64,000 bases of DNA, taken from the human T2T-CHM13v2.0 reference genome, Homo sapiens. Below the pieces are notes generated by a model. That model saw only the letters and a program-made list of their open reading frames with translations, was not told where the DNA came from and ran no database searches. This document shows positions 41,086 through 52,295 of this stretch, piece by piece (within the stretch, counting starts at the first letter, position 1; every line of letters starts with the position of its first letter). The position numbers were made by a program, and so were the translations under genes. The DNA lies in assembly GCF_009914755.1 (NCBI RefSeq), contig NC_060932.1; one strand, 5' to 3'.

Positions 41086-43363
41086 TCTCCTTTCTTTTCT
41101 TTTTCCTCCTTTACCATGCTCCTCCATACTAATCTACTCAAATATCTTGGTGTTGAGGGTAAGGTAATTATTTTCATTTGTAATAGCAAATTTAATATTT
41201 AATCTTTACGTGGCAGTGACACAGATGCCAGCAGACTGGGTGTCCCTAGAATCTCAGACCTTCTGGAATTATCTTTTCTTCTAATATTTGAAATAAACTG
41301 CCTAGAGAATACAATCCTGGTCATTTGGGAAATAAAGCATTCCTTTTAATATTTTTGTGGATTATAGAGGGATTTTTTTATATTTATTACCTTTGATTTA
41401 AATACTTGTTTTTTGGTAAATTATTAGCTTTCTCTCTAAAATTTCATTTTCTGCAGCTACAGTTATTTTCTATTTGCACCATGTCAAACTAAGTGTGAGG
41501 CATAGACCTCCATTTATCCCCACTCACTATCTATTTAGTTTATGCAGAAAGTAAATTAGTAATAACATGAGGTACTGTACCTAGCAGAACTTTCCCCCAA
41601 AGTTGGAGTAAACAGAGTGGGTTGATGTTAGAAGCCAGTGATGCAGTAAATATTTAATATGATCTTGCTGATTTTAAATATCTTTGCTTGTTTCCAGCCT
41701 TGCGGATTTCTTATGGGTCTCTGCTTCCGTACTCCATGTTAATGAACCCTGTGTCTCTCCCTAGATTTCCTCCTCTTTTACCTACTCTCCAACTGTACAT
41801 TAAAAATTGTGTTTCTCATCTAAAATTTGTTAAAGCTCTACAAGCCTCCAGGGAAACCAACCGGGTATAAAATTCACTAAGCAAAAAGAGTATCAGTTTG
41901 GAGAAGTATCTAAAAAGAGAATTAGGGAAGGGTTTTTATAGGGCTTTGAGGATTGAGATTTTAGTCATCAGGTAGCATCAGGCAAAAGTTAGGGAAAGAA
42001 GAAAGATCTTGTAAACTAGGAAATTTGCTGGAATAGCTAGTGGTCTTATTTTTTGGGACATACGTGTCTTTATAAAGTTACTTTTAAATCAGTTAGTCTT
42101 TGTTCTTATATTGGAATGCAAGGGTCTGAACTAGCTGGTATTAAAGCGTTTTAAGATTTTTTTTCTCTACTCCAAAGTATTTCAAGTTTTCAAAACATTT
42201 TGAAAATATACTCAATTTGTACATCCAAAAACTCTTTTAGGGGCTTTCCAAAACAGAGCATCCTTTGTTTCTCCACATTTTTTCAGCATAAAGTATTCCC
42301 AGAGGCATTACAATTATAACCTTTCCTTCAAAATAATTCAATTCTTAGAAATGGTTGCCTTCTCTAGGCTCTCTGGGACAAATAAAGTATGCCATTCTGG
42401 TAGAAGGCAGAATCAGAAGAGTAAGATTCTGAAAACCACATGCTTTTCTTCTTGGGATAAAGTGGGCTCTATTCTTTTTATTATTCTCAGTTTTCAGATG
42501 CATTAAATGATGACAGATGATAAGTAACTTGCCTAAGGTGCGGCATGGAGGTGTAATATGTCTAAGTTGTGCTGCTGCTACGATTCAATTTATTGAGAAC
42601 TTCCTATGAAAAGGCACACAACGTAGGAGACACTATGCAGGCTCAATGTCCCAATGAGACATTGCCCTAAGATTTGGAACGTTTTACAGATGCTAAGATT
42701 TATGTCTATATGTTCATTGTCTTTCTCCGTAACTGCTTTCATTTCTATTCTTAGAAAAAAATTATTGTCTCTTCCTACTGTATACTATCTACATTCTGAC
42801 ATTATGTTTGTGTATATGTGTGTGTGTGAGAGAGGAGAGATACAGAGACAGAGAGACTTTAGTATCTGAGAGAGATATAATTTTTGTTTTGTCCATGTCT
42901 TCCTGATATGGTTAGGTTAGTGTCCCTGCCCAAATCTCATTTTGAATTGTAATCCCCACATGTCAAGGGAGGAAGCTGGAGGGAGGTGATTGGATCATGG
43001 GGGTGGTTTCCCCCATGCTGTTCTAGTGACAGTGAGGGAGTTCTCATGAGATCTGGTGGTTTCAAAAGTGGCAGTTTCCCCTGTGGGCACTCTCTCTCTC
43101 CTGCCACCATGTAAGACATGTCTTGTTTCCCTTCACCTTCTGCCATTCTTGTAAGTTTCCTGAGGCCTCCCCAGCCATACAGAACTTTGAGTCAATTAAA
43201 CTTTTCATTATAAGTTACCCAGTCTCAGGTAGTATCTTTTCAGCATTGTGTAAATGAACTGATACAGAAAATTGGTACTGCAGAGAGTAGGACACTGCTA
43301 TAAAGATACCTCAGAATGTGAAAGCAACTTTGGAACTGGGTAGCGTGCAGAAGTTGCAACAGT

Positions 43364-43849
43364 TTGGAAGACTCAGAAGAAGACAGGAAGATGTGGGAAA
43401 GTTTGGTACTTCCTAGAGATTTGTTAAATGCTTTTGACCAAAATGCTGATAGGAATATGGACAATGAAGTCCAGGTTGAGGTGGTCTCAGATGGAGATGA
43501 GGAACTTCTTGGGAACTGGAGCAAAAGCCACTCTTGCTATGCTTTAGCAAAGAGACTGGTGGCATTGTGCCCCTGCCATAGAGATATGTGGAACTTTGAA
43601 ACTGAGAGAGATTATTTAGAGTATCTGGCAGAAGAAATTTCTAAGCAGCAAAGCATTCAAGAGGTGACTTGGCTTTTCCTGAAAGTATATAGTTATATGC
43701 ACTCACAAAGAGATGATTTGAAATTGGAACTTATGTTCAAAAGGAAAGCAGAGCATAAAAGTTTGGAAAACTTGAAGCCTGATTATGTGGTAGAAAAGAA
43801 AAACCCATTTTCTGGGAGAAATTCAAACCTGCTGCAGAAATTTGCATAA
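43364..43849 (+). pseudogene. Remnant of the MaLR (THE1-int) internal ORF, 161 codons open
   Basis: EDSEEDRKMWESLVLPRDLLNAFDQNAD…LLGNWSKSHSCYALAKRLVALCPC…LAEEISKQQSIQEVTW is the characteristic MaLR internal ORF. The frame ends shortly before the nested LTR. Confidence 0.8.
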
Positions 43850-43907
43850 GTAAGGAGGAGTCAAATGTTAATAGCCAATACAATGGGAAAAATGTCTCCA
43901 GGGCATG

Positions 43908-44118
43908 TGATATGATTTGGCTGTGTCCCCATCCAAATCTCATCTTGAATTCCCACATGGGAGGGACCCGGTGGGAGGTAATTGAATCATGGGGAAAGAT
44001 CTTTCCCCATGTGGAAAGACCAGCCATGTGGAGCTGTAAGTCCATTAAACCTCTTTCTTTTGTAAATTGCCTGGTCTTGGGTATGTCTTTATCAGCAGCA
44101 TGAAAAAGGACTAAGAAG
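43908..44118 (+). mobile_element. Nested, internally deleted THE1A-type solo LTR
   Basis: tgatatgatttggctgtgtcccc…cttgaattcccac…gtaagtccattaaacctctttcttttgtaaattgcc…tatgtctttatcagcagc. TSD gcatg at 43903-43907 and 44119-44123. Confidence 0.9.
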
Positions 44119-46899
44119 GCATGTCAGAAATCTTCACTGCAGCCCCTCCCATCACAGGTCTGGAAGCCTGGGTGGGAAAAATAGTTTCGTGGGCCAGGCC
44201 CACACAGCCTCAGGACTTGATGCCCTGCATCTGAGCTGCTCCAACTCCAGCCATGGCTGAAAGGGGCCAAGGTACAGCTTGAGGCATGGCTTCAGAGGGT
44301 GCAAGCCCCAAGCCTTGGCTTCCACATGGCGTTGAGCCTGTGGGTGCTCAGAAGACAAGAGTTGAGCTTTGGGAGCCTCTGCCTAGATTTCAGAGGATGT
44401 ATGGAAATGCCTGGATCTCCAGGCAGAAGTCTACTGAATTGAGACCCTCTACTAGGGCAGTTTAGAGGGGACATGTGGGGTTGGAGCCCCCACAGAGTCC
44501 CCACTGGGGCACCACCTAGTGGAACTGTGGGAAAGAGGGCCACTGTCCTCCAGACCCCAGAATGGTAGATCCACCAGCAGCTTGTACCATGCACCTGGAA
44601 GAGCCACAGGCACTCAATGTCAGCCCATGAAAGCAGTTGTATCCTGCAGAGCCACAGGGGCAGAGCTGCTTACAACCTTGGGAGCCAAACTCTTGCATCA
44701 GCATGCCTGGGATGTGAGACATGGTGTCAAAGGAGACTGTTTTGGAGCTTAAAGATTTATCATGACTGCCCTGCTGGGTGTTAGTTTAGCATGGGGCTTG
44801 TGGCCCCTTTGTTTTGACCAATTTCTCTCATTTGGAACAGGAACATTTACCCAATGCCTGTACCCCCATCTTGGAAGCAACTAACTTGTTTTGATTGTAT
44901 AGGCTCATAGGTAAAAGAGACTTACCTTGTCTCAGATAAGACTTTGGATTTGGACTTTTGGGTTCATGCTGGAATGAGTTAAGACTCTGGGAGACTGTGG
45001 GAAGGCATGATTGGTTTTGAATTGTGAAAAGGACATGAGATTTGGGAGGGTTGGGGCAGAATTATATGGTGTGGCTCTGTGTCCTCACTCAAATCTCATC
45101 TCAAATTGTAATCTTTACATGTTGAGGGAGGTACCTGGTGGGAGATGATTGGATCATGGGTGCTGTTTCCCCCGGGCTGTTTTTGTGACAGTGAGGGAGT
45201 TCTCACGAGATCTGATGGTTTTAAAAGTTGCAGTTTCCCCTGTGCTCTCTCTTTCCCGTTGTCATGTAAGACGTGCCTTGCTTCCCTTAGCTTTCTGCCA
45301 TGATTGTAAGTTTCCTGAGGCCTCCCCAGCCATGCAGAACTGTGCCAATTAAGCCTCTTTCCTTTATAGATTACCCAGCCTCAGGTATTCTTTACAGCAG
45401 TGTGAAAATGAACTAATCCACTTCCTAATGGAGGATCTTTTTAATATTAATCGCCACTCATAGAATCATTTCAGCCAACTTGGGATGAAGGTAGAAGTGA
45501 AGGGTACATAGCACAGGAATCCTGTCCTGCTAAAGTTACATAGTTAAATTTACCAATTAGAAACACTCTAAGAGGTGTGAATATTTAATAATCATTTTAC
45601 AAATAAAGACACAGTTACAAGAGAACAATTAATTTATAGAGGTAGTACAGGTAGAAATTAAATTTTTAATGGTGTCCAGTTAGGCTACATGAACTGTCTC
45701 AAGTTAGTACACTGAGGTTGCCTTTTGAGTCAACTCAGATCAGCCTGAATTTGAAAACTTGGCTATGGTCATTATCCCCTGCCTTTTCTTTGTTTTTTAA
45801 GAGTTTATTTAATTCTTACCACTGGGCTTATTGGAATCCAAGAGTTTTAGAATCCCTTTTCTCTATAATGTTTAGTAATGACACACTAACCTAGCAATTA
45901 TGTGAAAAAAAAGCATCAGAAACCCCATATTAGTGGAAGTAAACATTTAGAAAAATTTATATATGTCTTCTAGTTTTGTTTTAGGTCAAACTCTGTTCTC
46001 CTACCTACTTTGTTTCCTGGATTGGAATACCCGGTATTATCTGTTGTCATTCCTTCAATTTCTCTGGAAAGTCACATATGTCCAAATATTTGGGGAAGGT
46101 AATGAGAGTCCTGGAGTGTCCAAATCTATAGACCACAGAAAGAGGAGAAAGTGCTCTCATTTCACCAACAGCATGAATCAGTTCCTGGGTTATAGCAGAT
46201 ACTCAAATGCTTACTGAAACTTAAAATGAATCAGTATTTAAATCAATATATAAAATCCATCTTTATTTTAAAAGAATCTGTTAATACTTTTCAAATTGAA
46301 TGAAAGCCTGCTGTGTTTACTTATGCTGCAAGGTGGCTTTGCTTGTTTGAAAACTCAGGAAGATAATATTGTTTCTGAAGTTAAAATTCAGTCACACATG
46401 GGATGGAATTTACCATGTAAATTATGTAGGCCATGTAAACATTGTTTCTGGCTTTCAGAAACTATTGAGCAGTTTACCATTTCCAAATGGAAATAAAGCC
46501 AAGCAAATGGAAACTAGGAAAGAGGATTATAAAAAACGCACTGTTCCCTTCAGTTGGCTTCTCTTTCTGCTTACTCATTACAGTCATTATATTTACAAAA
46601 CAATTAAAGCACAGAAAACTATCATCAGGAAACTTCCTAGACACTCTTATAATTGTTCATTGAATCCAGGAGATGTTGATTATTACCATCGTTACCTAAC
46701 AGGCAAGGCAACCTGAAGTTTACATACATTTTTAAAAAGAAGAGAATATTTTACTGAATAAATAAAAAATAAATTATTTTCTAGTAAACAGTTTAGCATG
46801 TCACTGGTAAGTGAACTAACATGTTCTACCTATTTTAAAACAATCAGTACACATAGCTTATTTCTATTGCCTTAGTCCTATGTTTTTCCATTTCATCAT

Positions 46900-47062
46900 G
46901 AGAAATCACATATTAAAAGAAGTTTCAGGACTCTACCCCTCAAGATTCTGATTCTGTAAATCTGGGTTTGGGTCCAAACATTTACATTCTGCTCTTCTAA
47001 AAATTTTCCCCTTGTGCTTCTGATGCTGCTGGTCTGTGGACCACATTTGCAGAACCACAGTC
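46900..47062. mobile_element. MER5A-type hAT element
   Basis: caagattctgattctgtaaatctgggtttgggtcc…cttctgatgctgctggtctgtggaccacatttgcagaaccacag. Confidence 0.8.
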
Positions 47063-47257
47063 TCAAACTACCGAAAAAATTCAGGAAATAAATCATCATT
47101 TAAAAATAAATATTTAGTATTTGTTGGAGAAATACACTGCTTCAACATTTTCAAACAGATAATTTATTTCTCATGAAGAGTATGTATCCAGGCAAAACAT
47201 GGGAGATTTTCTACACTTCCTCAAATTTATACCAAAAATTCTTCAGTATAAGAGGAC

Positions 47258-47919
47258 TTTTTTATTATTATTATTATACTGTAAGTTTTAGGGTACATGT
47301 GCACAATATGCAGGTTAGTTACATATGTATACATGTGCCATGCTGGTGCGCTGCACCCACTAACTTGTCATCTAGCATTAGGTATATCTCCCAATGCTAT
47401 CCCTCCCCCCTCCCCCCACCCCACAACAGTCCCCAGAGTGTGATGTTCCCCTTCCTGTGTCCATGCGTTCTCATTGTTCAATTCCCACCTATGAGTGAGA
47501 ATATGCGGTGTTTGGTTTTTTGTTCTTGCGATAGTTTACTGAAAATGATGATTTCCAATTTCATTCATGTCCCTACAAAGGACATGAACTCATCATTTTT
47601 ATGGCTGCATAGTATTCCATGGTGTATATGTGCCACATTTTCTTAATCCAGTCTATCATTGTTGGACATTTGGGTTGGTTCCAAGTCTTTGCTATTGTGA
47701 ATAATGCCGCAATAAACATACGTGTGCATGTGTCTTTATAGCAGCATGATTTATAGTCCTTTGGGTATATACCCAGTAATGGGATGGCTGGGTCAAATGG
47801 TATTTCTAGTTCTAGATCCCTGAGGAATCGCCACACTGACTTCCACAATGGTTGAACTAGTTTACAGTCCCACCAACAGTGTAAAAGTGTTCCTATTTCT
47901 CCACATCCTCTCCAGCACC
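47258..47919 (-). mobile_element. Young 5'-truncated L1, L1PA2-like
   Basis: Near-consensus 3'UTR gtgcgctgcacccactaacttgtcatctagc, lacking the L1HS ACA/ACG diagnostic. ORF 47573-47998 contains the ORF2 C-terminus [68 protein letters not shown]. Confidence 0.95.
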
Positions 47920-48014
47920 CCAGAGAAACAATTAAGGGAAATAAGGTCTTCAGATACATGTAGGATATCATATAGATTTTATACCATATAAATATCATAT
48001 AGGTTTTATACCAT

Positions 48015-48204
48015 ACACTACTTATTTACATTGCACAAAAAGCCGCCTGAGTAAAGCAGTTTGTATGTATTAGGAGCATTCCTGAGATAAATTTTAGCAG
48101 CACATACGATGAACCAAACTTACGGCTGTCAATCCCATGATTATATTGTAAATAAAGATAAAGATCTCTAAATAGGGTGTTTACAATATAACACAAGTTC
48201 TAAA
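48015..48204 (+). repeat. 190-bp direct repeat, copy 1
   Basis: Ungapped match to 49106-49295 with 9 mismatches (manual alignment). Confidence 0.97.
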
Positions 48205-48549
48205 GGGAATCAGTTTTGTGTTGTTCCACAAGCAGAACTAAGATTAATAAACAGAAATTAAGAGAGTAGAATTTGGGCACCCATGAGGGTTTTTGAACTG
48301 GGTAACATTATGCAACAGGAGTTTCATGTCAATGGAAACATTCAGTTAACATCTGAATGGCTGGCCACCTTGCAGAAAAATTGTCAAGGGGATTCTTACA
48401 GTAGATTTCTTACTTTCAAATCTAAAAGTCTGTGATTTTTATAATGAATACAAAAATTTAAAAATATAGTTGAGGAGTTTAGAGACTAAAGAAATACAAA
48501 TGAAGCATGAATACACTTACATTCCATTTATAAGAAATATTTAGACATC

Positions 48550-48990
48550 TAAATTTTGTATATGGTGGAGAGTATTGACCCCTCCTCAATCTGTTTCCTT
48601 CATTTTCCTGGGAAAATGGTTTCTTGGCAAAACTATATTTCTCAGCTTCCTTTGTAACTAGGCACAGTTAAGTGTGGCTGTGAGCCTCAGTTCTAACCAA
48701 CAGAATATTTGAAAGTAATGTATACAGGGTCCACTTCATTTAATGAAAAGACCTTTGCAGAGTACTGGCTCTCTCTCTTTCCTTCCTAATGGCTGAAGAG
48801 TTTGACATATGAAATATCCATTGAAACTTTGTGTTTAAAGTGGCAGGGTTAACCCTTCCACTGGATTTTTTGGATTAATTTTTGGGGTCAGAACCCTCCT
48901 ATCGTCCTTCCACTGAGAAATAAATGAACTAACTTTGAAAATTAACTTATGGATCTTTGTGTTACTGCAACACTTCCCTATGTCTAATGC
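48550..48990 (+). mobile_element. Old ERVL-type LTR relic (LTR33/LTR16-like)
   Basis: aactatatttctcagcttcctttgtaactagg…tgtggctgtgagcctcagttctaaccaacagaat. Confidence 0.45.
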
Positions 48991-49105
48991 ACTGCAAATT
49001 AAGAATTTTCAGGAATCATTTTTGGTTTAAATACAGGGAAAAAAAAAACTGGTTAGCTGGCCTAACGACATAACAATTATTTGTAGAACTGTTTAAATAG
49101 AAAGG

Positions 49106-49295
49106 ACACTAGTTATTTACGTTGCACAAAAAGCCGCCCGAGTAAAGCAGTTTGTATGTATTAGGAGCATTCCTGAGATAAATTTTAGCAGCACATAGGA
49201 TGAACCAAACTTATGGCTGTCAATCCCGTGATTATATTGTAAATAAAGATAAAGTTCTCTAAATAGGGTGTTTACAATATGACGCAAGTTCTAAA
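49106..49295 (+). repeat. 190-bp direct repeat, copy 2
   Basis: Ungapped match to 48015-48204, offset 1091 bp. Confidence 0.97.
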
Positions 49296-49442
49296 AAGAT
49301 GATACATTAGACTTCTTATTCATATATTGGGTGGTATAAAATAGGTCTACATTTTACCATTCTAAATATACAAGGTAATTATTCAGTAGAATTACTTATC
49401 ATAAAACATAGCAATTAAATAATTTAATTATACAATTAATAA

Positions 49443-49815
<373 letters not shown>

Positions 49816-49984
49816 GATAGTAGTTTTTATATCATTTTACATAAGAGGAATCTGAGACTCAGACTAGTGTCTCTGAAGCCACACAGTCAGTTAGTAATAA
49901 GGCCATAGATTTCACCTTCATGTGTGGATAATTCAGTTTTGTTTAGACCCCCACGAATCACGCCGCCCGAGTTAACTTAGTTGT

Positions 49985-50416
49985 TTTTGGTGCTCAATTA
50001 TTATAGTGATGACGCCCAATGGATACCTGCACTTGTGAAGTCCCTGTCTCATCGATCTAAGCGAAGCTATATGTGACTTGCTTTGGCCAGTGGCCATTAC
50101 CAGATGAGATGCCCGCGTACACAGGAAAAGCCCTTTTGAATTGGGGCTTGGACATTCTTGCTCTTGATAACACTGCTGCCATGTAGAAGCCTGGGTTAGC
50201 CCATCTGAGGACACGACCATGAAGAGCAGACATGAGCCTTCCTAGCTGAGGCCACAAGCTGACACACCAGCTGATTACAGCCACATGAGTGAACTCAGGC
50301 AAGTCAACAAGTGAACTGACAAGGCGGGCTTAGCTGGAATCATAGGCAAATAAATGATTGGTCTTTTAAATCACCAAGTTTTACGGTGGCTTAATTAACT
50401 GCAATAAATAGATACA
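49985..50416 (+). mobile_element. Old MLT1 (G/H-like) MaLR LTR
   Basis: atgtgacttgctttggccagtgg…ctgctgccatgtagaagcctggg…aaataaatgattggtcttttaaatcaccaagtttt…gataca. Confidence 0.7.
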
Positions 50417-51699
50417 GCTTGCAATCCAGGGCAATTACGGTATGTCTTCAAATGCATTTCTGTAATTGACCTAGTTTTCCAAGACTTCAGGATATAGTCA
50501 TCTATAAATACAATTACAATCTCATTCTTTGTAGCACTCCCGTATTCCCTCCAAAGGTCTATTCAACACATTGTAAACTTCATGATTTGCTTTGCTCTTA
50601 TTTTATTTTAACTGTTTCAGGAAACTATGTGTGAACTTAGTATAATAGCTACAAGAGAGTTCATACAGGCCTTAAAATTACTTAATTTATTGAGCTGTAT
50701 ATTTTTAATATGTATTCTTTTCTTCATGTATATTTTTACTTTATATTTAAAAAAAATGTTTACCTAGATGGTAGCCAGAACGACAAGAAAATTTAGAACA
50801 GCATTTTCTAAACCAGAGGTTGGCCACCTTTTAAGAGATATGTGTCATGGTTTTAGCAACCAAACTGCTTCTTGACTTTTAATGACAGAGGGTAAAGAAT
50901 ATATGACTATGTTGTGACCATCAATTCTCCTGACAGCAGGAGCTGCCACAGAAGGTATAAAGGAAATTGTGTAGGAGGTACGAAATATTACCCCCACACT
51001 CCCCTGGCATGCTGACTTTGGCACATACATCATAGGACCTTGGTTACTGCACGGAATCCTCAAATATAAGTGGAGTTGTGGGAAATTGTGTGTTGAAAAG
51101 CACAGGCCAGCATGGTTTTAATTTAATGTCTTTTTTTTAAAAGAAAATTACATGCTACATAACAGTCATGAAAAGGTTTAGTGGGGTATGGGGTTTGTTT
51201 TGGGAACCCAGATCCTGATAACTTTTACTTGGAATGCTCTTCTAGGCCTGCCCATGTATAGTAACAAGGTAGAGAGTTTGGATAGTATATTTTCCTTTAA
51301 AGTCAAAGAAGGTCAGTGTCTACTCATGTTCTATCTCTGCCATGGTGTGCATGCCCTAGTGATATCTGAGTCTATTCACAGAGTGTACTCACAATAGCAT
51401 GTTATTTGATAAATCAATAAATGTAAGAATGAGTGAATAAATGAAATGTAGCAGGACCAAATTCTTTTTCTTTGATTTTCTTTCTCTGTAATTGTTTTCT
51501 ATTTCATTCCAGTTTATAGTAGATGTGTGGTTTAAGTGAGCACTGACTTATAAAAACAGATCATGTTATTTGAGTGAAACTTTCCGCAAAATTATAGTAA
51601 CTGGAATTTGAATAGTAAAATTTGCAGAGTGCAATGTTCAGTTGCATATATTGCAACAAACATATGCATTTGTGTTACTATTGTTATGAATAATAATTG

Positions 51700-51820
51700 T
51701 TATTATTATTATGTTTCTACAGATGAGGAAACAAATTCAGAAAGTTAAATGACTTGTCAAATTCTCATTGCTAGTAAGTGAAAGAAGTGATACTCAAATT
51801 CAGGCTTTCTGGTCCAAGAG
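51700..51820 (-). mobile_element. MIR SINE fragment
   Basis: tacagatgaggaaacaaattcagaaagttaaatgacttgtcaaa…gctagtaagtg. Confidence 0.75.
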
Positions 51821-51847
51821 TATAGCTGGGTTTTTTATGCTATCTTT

Positions 51848-52295
51848 GTGTGATGCATGTCTCAGTGAGCTGCCCAGTTCAATGCCTATCTCCTCCCAGA
51901 ACTAAACCCTCATTTCCCCAGCTGCTGGGAGTGTTGATGGCTGACAGTTCTCAGCTGAGTCAGCAAGTCCTCTTTGGGATTTACCCTAGCCCAAAACGAG
52001 CCCAGCCCAGTCCACACTCGCACAATTTGAAAGGATGTCAGTACACCTCTAATTATTTGCTGATGCAAGGGCATAAGAGCCTGTCCACTCACTCCAATTT
52101 TGGACAACTCTAAAGGACTACCCTAGCTGTAGAGCTTCCCAGGTATGATCAGCTGATGCCTTGGTTGCAAATGCATCACAGTTCAACTTCACTCACTGCC
52201 TCATCCAGGTGTTGATTCCAAGAGCACCTGCCAATGAAGTAACTGTGTACATCTCTGTTTTAGAGTCTGCTTTCTGGGGTATCCAACATGTGAAT
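51848..52295 (+). mobile_element. LTR16-like ERVL solo LTR
   Basis: ctcatttccccagctgctgggagtgttg…ggacaactctaaagg…catctctgttttagagtctgctttctggggtatccaac. Confidence 0.7.

Larger units (their letters stand above)
42904..45420 (+). mobile_element. Complete THE1C/D-type MaLR provirus: 5'LTR 42904-43266, internal region, 3'LTR 45062-45420
   Basis: Two homologous ~360-bp LTRs. Internal region starts gaaaattggtac. Polypurine tract gggagggttggggcagaa precedes the 3'LTR. Perfect 5-bp TSD cttcc at 42899-42903 and 45421-45425. Confidence 0.95.

Noticed and set aside
42667-42702. ctaagatttggaacgttttacagatgctaagatt, faint resemblance to U6 snRNA
   Set aside because: Needs several gaps. There is no U6 5' end, tail or TSD, so it is most likely chance.
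47173-47998. 157-aa and 141-aa ORFs
   Set aside because: Antisense and sense translations of the truncated L1PA2, with no promoter or full ORF2.
48095-48106. tagcagcacata, identical to the 5' 12 nt of miR-15a, in both 190-bp copies
   Set aside because: The match stops after 12 nt and I see no complementary arm for a pre-miRNA hairpin.
48015-49295. 190-bp repeats read as the LTRs of a small retroelement
   Set aside because: No TG..CA termini, PBS, PPT or TSD. The spacer holds much older repeat relics, so a local duplication fits better.
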